A DNA stretch of 53,590 bases from an uncultured Planctomycetia bacterium (GCA_964374005.1 CAYJXB010000002.1:1-53590), one strand, 5' to 3'; counted from the stretch's first letter, positions 21,148-29,672 are shown. Numbers and translations: made by a program. Notes: generated by a model not told the origin, from the sequence alone.

Positions 21148-21363
21148 ATGTCACAGGTGTTGGTTTCTACTAAATATCAGGTGGTGATCCCAAAAGAAGT
21201 CCGGCGAGAGCTGAACATTAAATCCGGGCAGAAGATGAGTTGTATTGCGATTAACGGCATCATTCATCTAGTGCCAGTAAGACCGATTTCTGAGATGAGA
21301 GGTTTTATTCCGAAAATCTCCCTCGAAGGGCTTCGCGAGAAAAAAGACAGGGATATTTCATGA
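21148..21363 (+). CDS. vapB: AbrB/MazE/SpoVT-family antitoxin (VapB-like)
   Basis: STKYQVVIPKEVRRELNIKSGQK swapped-hairpin motif; 71 aa; followed by a PIN gene. Confidence 0.75.
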   Translation: MSQVLVSTKYQVVIPKEVRRELNIKSGQKMSCIAINGIIHLVPVRPISEMRGFIPKISLEGLREKKDRDIS

Positions 21364-21433
21364 CCCCACCACTCTTTTGCAACGATTTTGAAAAAATCGG
21401 TCCGCATTCGCGGACCAAAGGAGTGGTGGGGTG
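21361..21433. repeat. CCCCACCAC/GTGGTGGGG junction element, copy A
   Basis: TGA-CCCCACCACTC ... internal hairpin ggtccgc-attc-gcggacc (21399-21416) ... GAGTGGTGGGG-TG. It fills the whole vapB-vapC gap. Its last G is the first base of the vapC GTG. Confidence 0.85.
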
Positions 21434-21808
21434 ATTGTGGTCGATTCCTCCGGCTGGATGCATTACTTTATGAATGGTGATCTAGCGGAAGCGTACTCCG
21501 GCTATATCAACAAGCCGGAAAACATTGCGACGCCCACGATTATTTCGTATGAAGTCTACAAGAAGATCAAGACAGAATTTAGTGAAGAAGAGGCCTATAT
21601 GGCAATGGCACAGATGCAGAAGACAAAGCTCGTTCCGTTGTCAGAATCTTTAGCCTATCATGCGGCGGATATATCTATCGAGCATAAATTGCCGATGGCT
21701 GATGCTATTATTTATTCAACAGCCGCTTATCTCAATGCCACGCTTGTGACGAGCGACGCCGATTTTAAAGGCCTTCCTAAAGTTACTTTTATTTCCGAGA
21801 AAGAATAA
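21431..21808 (+). CDS. vapC: PIN-domain ribonuclease toxin (VapC-like)
   Basis: MIVVDSSGW..., ADAIIYSTA, LVTSDADF acidic PIN motifs; GTG start. Confidence 0.8.
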   Translation: MIVVDSSGWMHYFMNGDLAEAYSGYINKPENIATPTIISYEVYKKIKTEFSEEEAYMAMAQMQKTKLVPLSESLAYHAADISIEHKLPMADAIIYSTAAYLNATLVTSDADFKGLPKVTFISEKE

Positions 21809-21902
21809 ATCTTCGCCAACGGTTAGTCTTCCCACCTTTTGCCAAAACTGGTAGAATAGGAATAGACGGCATTTGAAATCCTGATGAAAAATGGAGGCAT
21901 TC

Positions 21903-22490
21903 ATGCGCTATAAGTTTATTCTCTTTAGTCTACTGGGAATTTTAGTCTTTGGTCATACCGCGCAAGCGGCCACCTACAAGGTGGATCCGGACCATAGCAC
22001 CGTCTCGTTCAAGATCAGGCATCTTTTTTCGAACGTTCAGGGCACATTCAATAAATTTGAGGGAACGATTGATTATGAGCCTGGGAAGCCCGACACCTGG
22101 AAAACCAGCGGCACGATTGACGCGGCGAGCATCAATACCAATGTCGAGCAAAGGGACAAGCACCTCCGCTCGGCTGATTTTTTTGACGTCGAGAAATATC
22201 CGACCATTATTTTTAAAAGCGGCGCCGTGAAAGAGGCCACTGCCACGAGCGCGAAGATCGAGGGCGTTTTCACGATGCACGGCGTCGAAAAACCAGTCGT
22301 TCTTGATGTCGCGATTCACGGCGTCGGTAAAGATCCTTGGGGCAATGTGCGGGCGGGTTTCACCGCAACGACAAAGATCAACCGTAAAGAGTTTGGTCTC
22401 AATTGGAATGAAGTGCTTGAAACCGGACAACTTTTGGTGGGTGAGGAAGTGATGATCACCCTCGAGGCTGAGGGGATACTACAACCATAA
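21903..22490 (+). CDS. YceI-family periplasmic (polyisoprenoid-binding) protein
   Basis: Signal peptide, YKVDPDHSTVSFKIRHL, NVQGTFNKFEG, RDKHLRSADFFDVEKYP. The ATG at 21903 has GGAGG 5 nt upstream. The ORF track starts at 21891. Confidence 0.8.
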   Translation: MRYKFILFSLLGILVFGHTAQAATYKVDPDHSTVSFKIRHLFSNVQGTFNKFEGTIDYEPGKPDTWKTSGTIDAASINTNVEQRDKHLRSADFFDVEKYPTIIFKSGAVKEATATSAKIEGVFTMHGVEKPVVLDVAIHGVGKDPWGNVRAGFTATTKINRKEFGLNWNEVLETGQLLVGEEVMITLEAEGILQP

Positions 22491-22566
22491 CAAAGTTGAG
22501 TCGGTGAGTCGGACTCTATCAACTCAACAAACGGTTGAGGAAACGCGCCGCCTCTCTCCGAGTGGT

Positions 22567-23433
22567 TTACCCGGTGGGCCGCGGACGGGCTTTTTTCCAA
22601 AGAGGCCGGGGAATTATTGACGAGATAATCGGAAAGATAGATTTCCTGTTACGATGAGGCAGGATCCCGCGTTTTGAATTTCGAATAAATTCCACCAGAT
22701 GCGCTATTTCTTTAGAATGGCATTTTTGAATGATCGCCTCGAGTGCCTGCGCGGTGTTTAATCCGGATAGATAGAGAAGCTTATAAGCGTTTTTGATTTC
22801 CCGTTTCACGAACTCCGTGAATCCCGCCCGTCTTAACCCGACGAGGTTCATCGAGCCGATCAATTCCTCACTGTCATCCACGAGCATGTAGGGCGGCACA
22901 TCTTTTGTGATGCTTGCCATCCCTCCGATCATCGCAAAACTCCCGATACGGCAATATTGATGCACGCCGCTTCCTCCGGATAAGACACAGTCGTTTTCTA
23001 ATACCACATGCCCTCCTAACAGGACGGCATTGGTGACCGTAACGCGGTTTTGTATTTCACAATCATGCCCGACATGGGAAAACGCCATGAAATAGTTGCC
23101 ATCGCCGATCCGAGTGTAAGTGCCGGCCGTGGCGCCGCGATGAACCGTGGCGTACTCTCTAAATATGTTGTTGTCCCCGATTTTTAAAAAACTTTCCACA
23201 TTTCCGGATCCTCGATGCTGCGCTTCATGGCCTATCACCGCGCCCATGTGGATGTAATTATTTTTTCCGATCACTGTGCCTTTTCCAATATGGGCATGGT
23301 GAAGGATCGTGGTGTTGTCGCCGATGATGACGCCTTCTTCAATCGTGGCGTAGGCGCCAATCTTGACACGATCGCCAATTTGGCTTTGAGCATGGATTAA
23401 AGCCGTGGGGTGAAAATCATGGTTTTGACTCAT
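22567..23433 (-). CDS. lpxA: UDP-N-acetylglucosamine O-acyltransferase
   Basis: Hexapeptide-repeat left-handed beta-helix, HPTALIH..., GHDCEI, GGMASITKDVPPY, LVGLRRAGF. Start taken at MSQNH; the ORF track extends to 23475. Confidence 0.8.
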   Translation of the reverse strand: MSQNHDFHPTALIHAQSQIGDRVKIGAYATIEEGVIIGDNTTILHHAHIGKGTVIGKNNYIHMGAVIGHEAQHRGSGNVESFLKIGDNNIFREYATVHRGATAGTYTRIGDGNYFMAFSHVGHDCEIQNRVTVTNAVLLGGHVVLENDCVLSGGSGVHQYCRIGSFAMIGGMASITKDVPPYMLVDDSEELIGSMNLVGLRRAGFTEFVKREIKNAYKLLYLSGLNTAQALEAIIQKCHSKEIAHLVEFIRNSKRGILPHRNRKSIFPIISSIIPRPLWKKARPRPTG

Positions 23434-23464
23434 AGCGTTTATATTATAGCTCAAAGCCCTCTTC

Positions 23465-23493
23465 TTGACAACCACAGGGTGTCCGAGTATACT
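23465..23493 (+). promoter_or_regulatory. Sigma70-like promoter
   Basis: TTGACA (23465-70), 17-nt spacer, TATACT (23488-93), reading toward the 23612 gene. Confidence 0.5.
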
Positions 23494-23611
23494 TTCCCAG
23501 TATATTCGAAAAACACCGTGGGGTGTTTTTAAATTTTTGATGGTTTAAATACTAATTTACATGTAACTCAGTAGTCAAAATCGGTAAAAAATATAAAAGG
23601 AAGGAAGCACA

Positions 23612-24067
23612 ATGAAGTATTCTAAAGTCGGTTTAGTGGTATTTTTGAGTTTGGCGCTGTCGGTCGCGGGGTGCGCAAAGAAAACGACGGATGAGGTGAG
23701 TCTTTCGGAAACGGGATTTGATTCGGTCGACAAAACCGAAGAATTGGCGCAGCTTCCTCAGGCCAATACGTCGAATCAGCAACAGGCCATTGAAATACTG
23801 CCCATAGAAACTTCTCCCGTCACACGGGGAGTGCCTGCAAGCACCAGTTTATCGACTGAGGTATTATCCCATAGCCAGCAGATTCAGACCGCGCTTAAAG
23901 CGGCCGGCTTTTACAGCGGCAACATTGACGGGAAAATAGGCCCCGCTTCGCGCAAAGCCATTCAGGATTTTCAGCAGAGCAACGGGCTTAAAGTAGACGG
24001 CAAGGTAGGCCCGAAGACTTGGGCTCTTTTGGAAAAATATTTGACGACGGAATCCTCAGGAAATTAA
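23612..24067 (+). CDS. Lipoprotein with C-terminal peptidoglycan-binding (PG_binding_1) domain
   Basis: Lipobox LSVAGC; IQTALKAAGFYSGNIDGKIGPASRKAIQDFQ...VDGKVGPKTW. Confidence 0.75.
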   Translation: MKYSKVGLVVFLSLALSVAGCAKKTTDEVSLSETGFDSVDKTEELAQLPQANTSNQQQAIEILPIETSPVTRGVPASTSLSTEVLSHSQQIQTALKAAGFYSGNIDGKIGPASRKAIQDFQQSNGLKVDGKVGPKTWALLEKYLTTESSGN

Positions 24068-24131
24068 CCAGTTTACCCGGCATTTTTTAACCTCGTTTTT
24101 TGTTCTTATACTTGCCTCGTCGTGCGCCCAT

Positions 24132-24163
24132 GCCGGCCACGAGGCCGGCCGGCCTTTGGCCGG
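24132..24163. repeat. 33-nt GC-rich palindromic element, copy 1 (in frame in sodC)
   Basis: gccggccacgaggccggccggcctttggccgg; reads AGHEAGRPLAG between the lipobox and the mature SodC domain. Confidence 0.9.
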
Positions 24164-24617
24164 TAGCGGAGTGGCAGTCATCAAAGGCACCGAAGCCAAT
24201 TCCTCTATCAGCGGGAAGGTGACGTTTCAAGAGACTGCGGAAGGACTCATAATTCACGCGGAGTTTCAAAATGCTCCTCCCGGCAAACACGGGTTTCATA
24301 TTCACGAGAACGGCGATTGCGGCGACAGCGGCAAAGCGGCCGGCGGCCATTACAATCCGGAAGGGGTGCCTCATGGGCTTCTTCTGAAGGATGGCCTCTC
24401 ACACGCGCATGCCGGCGACCTTGGGAATATTGACATCGCGGCCGACGGCAGCGGAAAACTTGACGCGGTGATTCCCGGTCTTACCTTGCAAGGCGGAAAA
24501 TACAAACTCTTCGGAAGGTCCGTGATTCTTCACGAGAAAGAAGATGATTTCGGACAACCGACCGGAAACGCCGGCGGAAGAATCGGTTGCGGGATCATTA
24601 CCGATGAGATAAAATGA
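24156..24617 (+). CDS. sodC: Cu/Zn superoxide dismutase; true start probably upstream of the ORF-track start
   Basis: GFHIHENGDCG, HYNPEG, HAGDLGNI, GGRIGCGII. The frame is open back to 24009 and encodes a lipoprotein-like signal FFVLILASSC. Confidence 0.8.
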   Translation: MAGSGVAVIKGTEANSSISGKVTFQETAEGLIIHAEFQNAPPGKHGFHIHENGDCGDSGKAAGGHYNPEGVPHGLLLKDGLSHAHAGDLGNIDIAADGSGKLDAVIPGLTLQGGKYKLFGRSVILHEKEDDFGQPTGNAGGRIGCGIITDEIK

Positions 24618-24648
24618 ACCGTTTATACGTAACTCAGTAGGGGGATTC

Positions 24649-25038
24649 ATGCCGGCGCCCAAGAAGACCCGTGTGCTTTTTTTGGATGATGAGATGGAAT
24701 TTTTAGAGCTGGTGTCCGACCGCATGAGGCGGAAGGGCTATCAGGTGGCGACAAGAACCGATATTGATTCGGCGCTGGATCTGGTGCGTTCCCGCGAGGT
24801 CCATATGGTTTTTCTGGATTTTAAAATGCCGGTAGTGAATGGCTTGGAAGTTTTGACGAAAATCAGGGAGTGCGACAAGAACATCCCGGTGGTGATTGTT
24901 ACCGGCTATCCGGACGAAGCGATTGGCTCTGAATTTAAAGATTTGAATATTTCAGGTCTCTTTGCCAAGACTTCGAGCCTCGAGAATTTGGAGAGGGCGG
25001 TTGAAGTCGCCGTCAGAAATCTAAAGGGAAACAAGTAG
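24649..25038 (+). CDS. Single-domain response regulator (CheY-like receiver)
   Basis: RVLFLDDE, VFLDFKMPVVNG, PVVIVTGY; SD GGGGGA upstream. Confidence 0.8.
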   Translation: MPAPKKTRVLFLDDEMEFLELVSDRMRRKGYQVATRTDIDSALDLVRSREVHMVFLDFKMPVVNGLEVLTKIRECDKNIPVVIVTGYPDEAIGSEFKDLNISGLFAKTSSLENLERAVEVAVRNLKGNK

Positions 25039-25048
25039 AGCGTCCGGA

Positions 25049-26182
25049 ATGAGGCGTTTTCTGGCCTTCTCCTCTATGCTGTTTCTCGTCGTTTTGTTTT
25101 GCGGTGCCGTCGAGAAGGAAGATTTTGTCACGATCGGGCTTGTCGCTCCCTTGACGGGAGACCAGGCCTATGTGGGCACGGGCGTCATGTATGGGGCCCA
25201 GATGGCGGTCGAAGACGCGAATATCAAGGGCCTCGTTTTTGGAAACACGCGGCTTAAATTCACCGCCCTGGACGACCAGCACAATCCCACGCAGGCTGTG
25301 CTTGCTGCCAACAAGCTCGCCGCTGATCCGAATGTCATGGGAGTGGTCGGCCATTTCAACTCAAGCTGCACAAAAGCCGCCTCGTCCATTTATCACGAAA
25401 CACGCCTTGTGCAAATCACACCCGCCTCCACCAATCCCGATATTTCCCGCCAGGGTTTTGACACTTTTTTTCGCGTTTGCGCTACCGACGATGTCCAAGC
25501 GCCTGCCGGCGCCGATTTTGTCTGGAAAGAGTTGAAGGTGAAAAAAATCGTGATCGTGGACGATAAAACGACCTATGGCAAGGGGCTCGCGGACGAGTTT
25601 GAGAAGAGGTTTAGAAAGCTGGGAGGCGCTGTTTTGAGTCACGACGGAATCACACAAGGCGAAAAGGATTTTACGCCGCTTCTCACGAAGATTAAATCCT
25701 TGGGGCCTGAGCTTGTGTATTTCGGAGGCATCTACCCGGAGCTTTCGCTATTGATCAAGCAGTCGAGAAAAGTGGGGCTCGAGGTACCGTGGATGGGGGG
25801 CGACGGGATCTTTGATGTAACGCTCATCAAACTCGCGACACCCGAGCTCGCCGAAGGCACTTACGCGACGATGCTCGGCGTGGATCCGCATTCGCTACCG
25901 CAGGCGCAAGGATTCGTCACCAGGTTTGAGGCCAGGTATGGGGAAATAGGTTCGTTTTCCGCCTATGGCTATGACGCGGCGAATGTCCTGATCGAGGCGA
26001 TCCGCCGCGCCGGCAGAAAAGATAGGGAAGCGGTCCTGCGTGAAGTCAGGAATACCAAGGATTTTCAAGGGATGCTCGGCGTGATCAACTTTGACGAAAA
26101 GGGCGACGCGGTCGGAAGAAGCATCGGCATCTTCAAGGTGGAGAAAGGAAAATTTAAATTTTTGGAAGAATACAAACCGTGA
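25049..26182 (+). CDS. livK: Branched-chain amino acid ABC transporter substrate-binding protein
   Basis: Signal peptide; Leu/Ile/Val-binding family pattern (IGLVAPLTGDQA, VVGHFNSS, YFGGIYPE); followed by livHMGF. Confidence 0.8.
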   Translation: MRRFLAFSSMLFLVVLFCGAVEKEDFVTIGLVAPLTGDQAYVGTGVMYGAQMAVEDANIKGLVFGNTRLKFTALDDQHNPTQAVLAANKLAADPNVMGVVGHFNSSCTKAASSIYHETRLVQITPASTNPDISRQGFDTFFRVCATDDVQAPAGADFVWKELKVKKIVIVDDKTTYGKGLADEFEKRFRKLGGAVLSHDGITQGEKDFTPLLTKIKSLGPELVYFGGIYPELSLLIKQSRKVGLEVPWMGGDGIFDVTLIKLATPELAEGTYATMLGVDPHSLPQAQGFVTRFEARYGEIGSFSAYGYDAANVLIEAIRRAGRKDREAVLREVRNTKDFQGMLGVINFDEKGDAVGRSIGIFKVEKGKFKFLEEYKP

Positions 26183-26199
26183 TCAGGGATGGGAGATGA

Positions 26200-27123
26200 A
26201 TGGATCTAAGCGATCATTTTCAACTTTTCTTTCAACAACTCCTGAACGGTCTCACAATCGGCATGGTGTACGCGCTGATTGCGCTAGGGTACACGATGGT
26301 CTACGGAGTCATCCAGCTCATCAATTTCGCCCACGGGGAAGTTTTTATGGTGGGCGCGTACCTGGCGCTGACCGTGATCTGGATATTCGCGTCTTTATTT
26401 CCGGGGGCCCCGTTCTGGCTGGTTTTAATTTCGCTCATTCTTTTTTCAATGCTGGGATCCGCATTCCTGGGCGCCGCGATAGAAAAAATAGCTTATCGGC
26501 CTTTGCGTGGCTCTCCAAAACTCACGGCGCTCATCACGTCAATCGGCATGTCTTTTTTCCTTCAAAACGCGGTGATGCTGATCTACGGGATAAAAGAGCA
26601 GAGTGTGCCTGAGATCATTCCTCCCTTGCGCTGGCATGCCGGCAACCTGTCCTTTTCGCTGATTCAACTGATCATTTTCGCCACGTCGCTTGGATTCATG
26701 TTTTTTCTTTCCTGGTTTATCAAACATACCCGAACAGGCAAAGCGATGAGGGCCTGCGCTCAAGATCCGGAGGCCACGCAGCTCGTGGGCATTCCGGTCA
26801 ATCAGATTATCCGGGCCACGTTTGTCTTGGGTTCAATGCTGGCGGCTGTCGGAGGGGCCCTCTTCGGGATGTATTACGGAAGCATCAACTTTCATGACGG
26901 TTATTTGGCGGGCTTGAAGGCGTTCACGGCCGCGGTATTCGGCGGTATCGGGAGCGTTCCAGGCGCCATGATCGGCGGGATCCTATTGGGCGTCTTTGAA
27001 GGGTTGGGCGCCGGCTACATTTCTTCTGAATGGAAGGATGTTTTCGCTTTTCTTCTTTTAGGCGCGGTGCTGATATTCAAACCATCAGGGATATTAGGTG
27101 AACATCTCCCGGATAAAGTCTAA
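26200..27123 (+). CDS. livH: Branched-chain amino acid ABC permease
   Basis: QQLLNGLTIGMVYALIALGYTMVYG, INFAHGE. Confidence 0.8.
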   Translation: MDLSDHFQLFFQQLLNGLTIGMVYALIALGYTMVYGVIQLINFAHGEVFMVGAYLALTVIWIFASLFPGAPFWLVLISLILFSMLGSAFLGAAIEKIAYRPLRGSPKLTALITSIGMSFFLQNAVMLIYGIKEQSVPEIIPPLRWHAGNLSFSLIQLIIFATSLGFMFFLSWFIKHTRTGKAMRACAQDPEATQLVGIPVNQIIRATFVLGSMLAAVGGALFGMYYGSINFHDGYLAGLKAFTAAVFGGIGSVPGAMIGGILLGVFEGLGAGYISSEWKDVFAFLLLGAVLIFKPSGILGEHLPDKV

Positions 27124-28123
27124 TCATCCCTTTTCTTTCCAAGTCGCTTTATTTTTATTACCGTTCGCTTTGCTTCCTGTTTTGGATAAAAATACCTATC
27201 ACATTGATCTTCTGACGAATGTGGGCATCTACGTGCTTTTGGCCATGGGGCTGAACGTGGTGGTGGGTTTTACCGGCCTTTTGAATCTCGGATACGCGGC
27301 GTTTTTCGCGCTTGGCGCTTACGCCTACGCGCTTCTCAATCTTCATCTTGGCTGTCCTTTTTGGATCGGGCTGCCGGTCGCGGGGGTGGTGTCTATGATC
27401 TTCGGGCTTGTCATCGGACTTCCTTCGATCCGCGTGCGCGGCGATTATCTTGCGATCACGACCCTGGGTTTCGGAGAGATCGTCCGAATCTCGCTTAATA
27501 ATTTGGATGCGTGGACCGGCGGCCCCAACGGAATCTTGGGGATTGACCGACCGCGGCTTTGGCTTCCCGCCTTCGAGGGGGGATTTCATTGGAAGCTCTG
27601 GAGTTTTTCCGTGAATCCGACGCCTTATTTTTATCTGGTTCTCGCGTTGGTGGCCGTCACGGCCACTCTTTTATTTCGAATGAGCGATTCAAAAATGGGG
27701 AGGGCGCTTGTCGCGATTCGCGAAGACGAGCTCGCGGCCTCCTGCATGGGCATTCCGACGCTAAAGATCAAACTGGTTGCCTTTGGCCTCAGTTCTTTTA
27801 TCGCGGGCATGACCGGTGCGGTGTTTGCTTCGAAGCAGACCATTGTGACACCGGATAGCTTTGATTTCGTGCTTTCAGTGCTGATCCTGGCCATGGTGGT
27901 CTTAGGGGGGATGGGGAATATCTGGGGTTCGGCGCTAGGAGCGCTTGTCCTGGGGACGCTGCCGGAATTGTTGAGGGGTTTCGCCGCTTACCGGATGCTG
28001 CTTTTCGGTCTTCTCATGATTTTGATGATGATCTTTCGTCCCCAAGGGATTCTCGGAGGGCAGTTGATCCGCCGCGAGCTCGCATCCAGACAGAAAGAGG
28101 CGGACAATGACCCCACCACCTGA
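27098..28123 (+). CDS. livM: Branched-chain amino acid ABC permease (start uncertain)
   Basis: GLNVVVGFTGLLNLGYAAFFALGAY, LAITTLGFGEI. The last 4 codons lie inside junction element copy B. Confidence 0.75.
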   Translation: MNISRIKSNHPFSFQVALFLLPFALLPVLDKNTYHIDLLTNVGIYVLLAMGLNVVVGFTGLLNLGYAAFFALGAYAYALLNLHLGCPFWIGLPVAGVVSMIFGLVIGLPSIRVRGDYLAITTLGFGEIVRISLNNLDAWTGGPNGILGIDRPRLWLPAFEGGFHWKLWSFSVNPTPYFYLVLALVAVTATLLFRMSDSKMGRALVAIREDELAASCMGIPTLKIKLVAFGLSSFIAGMTGAVFASKQTIVTPDSFDFVLSVLILAMVVLGGMGNIWGSALGALVLGTLPELLRGFAAYRMLLFGLLMILMMIFRPQGILGGQLIRRELASRQKEADNDPTT

Positions 28124-28190
28124 TTTGTCCGCCACAGGCGGACGACATGAAATGTCCGATCCTTTGGATCGAAAATCAGGTGGTGGGGTG
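28108..28190. repeat. CCCCACCAC/GTGGTGGGG junction element, copy B (inverted relative to A and C)
   Basis: TGA-CCCCACCACCTGATTT ... gtccgcc-aca-ggcggac ... AAATCAGGTGGTGGGG-TG. 16-bp terminal stem. The livM stop at 28121-23 lies in the 5-prime arm, and the livG GTG at 28188 is at the tip of the 3-prime arm. Confidence 0.85.
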
Positions 28191-28949
28191 AATCTGCTTG
28201 AGGTAAAGTCCATTTCAAAAAATTTTGGCGGAGTGACCGCTCTAAAAGATATCAGCGTGGGGGTGAACGATCGGGAGATCGTGGGCTTGATCGGCCCCAA
28301 CGGCGCTGGCAAAACGTCTTTTTTTAATTGCGTCACGGGCCTGGTACCGATCGATCGAGGGGAGATTCTCTTTTGTGGGCATCTGCGGTTGAACGGTTTG
28401 CCGCCCCATCGGATCCTTGAAGCGGGCGTTGCGCGGACATTTCAAAATTTGAGGATCTTCAAACACATGACGCTGTTGGAGAATGTCGCGGTCGGGTTTC
28501 ACGCGCGCACCCGCTCTGGACTTTGGGACGCTTTTTTGAAGACACGGTGTCTGAGGATCGAGGAGAAAAAGATTTTCACCGGCAGCATGGAGTTTTTGGC
28601 GTTTGTGGGGCTTGAGAAACATGGAAACGACACCGCCGCTTTTCTACCCTATGGCCTTCAAAAGCGCCTCGAGATCGCGCGGGCGCTGGCCTCCGGTCCG
28701 AAACTGCTTTTGCTGGATGAGCCGGTCGCCGGCATGAATCCTCAAGAGAAAAATGAGATCATCGCGCTCGTGCGCAAGATCCGCGAGAAAGGCATCGCCG
28801 TTTTATTGATCGAACATGACATGAAAGTGGTCATGCCCTTGTCGGACCGCGTGATCGTGATGGACGAGGGAGCCAAGATCGGGGAGGGGCTTCCCGATGA
28901 CATTCAGAATAACCCCCGCGTCATTCAGGCATATCTGGGGGAGGGTTAA
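28188..28949 (+). CDS. livG: Branched-chain amino acid ABC transporter ATP-binding protein
   Basis: VNLLEVKSISKNFGGVTAL, GPNGAGKTS Walker A, LPYGLQKRLEIARAL, LLLDEP. The ORF-track start at 28107 adds 27 residues that are encoded by the repeat element. Confidence 0.8.
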   Translation: MNLLEVKSISKNFGGVTALKDISVGVNDREIVGLIGPNGAGKTSFFNCVTGLVPIDRGEILFCGHLRLNGLPPHRILEAGVARTFQNLRIFKHMTLLENVAVGFHARTRSGLWDAFLKTRCLRIEEKKIFTGSMEFLAFVGLEKHGNDTAAFLPYGLQKRLEIARALASGPKLLLLDEPVAGMNPQEKNEIIALVRKIREKGIAVLLIEHDMKVVMPLSDRVIVMDEGAKIGEGLPDDIQNNPRVIQAYLGEG

Positions 28950-28951
28950 GG

Positions 28952-29671
28952 GTGATGCTCGAGCTAAAACATATTTATACCCGTTACGGCAAGGTGGAGT
29001 GTCTCAAAGGGATCACTTTTTCGGTGAACGAAGGAGAAATCGTGGCGCTTCTTGGGGCGAATGGAGCCGGAAAGACCACGGTGCTCAAAACCATTTCGGG
29101 ATTGATCCATCCTGTCGCCGGCGAGATTTTATTTCAGGGAAAACTCATCTCTTCCTTTTCGCCGGAAGAAATCGTGCGCCTGGGGATTTGTCATGTGCCT
29201 GAAGGCAGAAAGATATTTCAGCAGCTCAATGTGCTTGAAAATCTGGAGCTCGGGGCTTTTATCCAGGAAGACAAGAAATCAATCGAAGAGGATTTGGAGA
29301 GCGTTTTTCGGGTGTTTCCGATGTTAAAGAGGCGGCAGCGCCAAAAGGCGGGCACGCTGTCGGGAGGCGAACAGCAGATGCTGGCGATCGGCCGTGGCCT
29401 GATGTCGCGGCCATCCGTGCTGCTCCTCGATGAACCGTCGCTGGGGCTTGCGCCGATGTTGGTATCCACGATTTTTAAGATCATCGAGAAGATCCATGAA
29501 CAAGGCAAGACCATTCTTTTGGTGGAACAGAACGCCCGCATGGCGCTTAAAATAGCCAAAAGGGCCTATGTTCTGGAAACCGGCCAGCTGGTATTAGAAG
29601 GAAGCGCTGAAGAGATCCGCTCGAGTAAGGCGATTCAAAGCGCCTATCTCGGAGGGGGCTACCAAAGCTAG
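28952..29671 (+). CDS. livF: Branched-chain amino acid ABC transporter ATP-binding protein
   Basis: GANGAGKTT, LSGGEQQMLAIGR, LLLDEPS. Confidence 0.85.
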   Translation: MMLELKHIYTRYGKVECLKGITFSVNEGEIVALLGANGAGKTTVLKTISGLIHPVAGEILFQGKLISSFSPEEIVRLGICHVPEGRKIFQQLNVLENLELGAFIQEDKKSIEEDLESVFRVFPMLKRRQRQKAGTLSGGEQQMLAIGRGLMSRPSVLLLDEPSLGLAPMLVSTIFKIIEKIHEQGKTILLVEQNARMALKIAKRAYVLETGQLVLEGSAEEIRSSKAIQSAYLGGGYQS

Positions 29672-29672
29672 T

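Noticed and set aside
22491-22566. Inverted repeat agttgagt...actcaact between the convergent yceI-family gene and lpxA as a bidirectional terminator
   Set aside because: It is plausible, but the stem is short, the loop is about 20 nt and there is no clear T-run, so it is not listed as a feature.
23509-23530. Hairpin aaaaacacc-gtgg-ggtgttttt as a leader attenuator/terminator
   Set aside because: The stem is short and mostly A-T, and the T-run is part of the stem. There is no supporting context, so this stays a weak possibility only.
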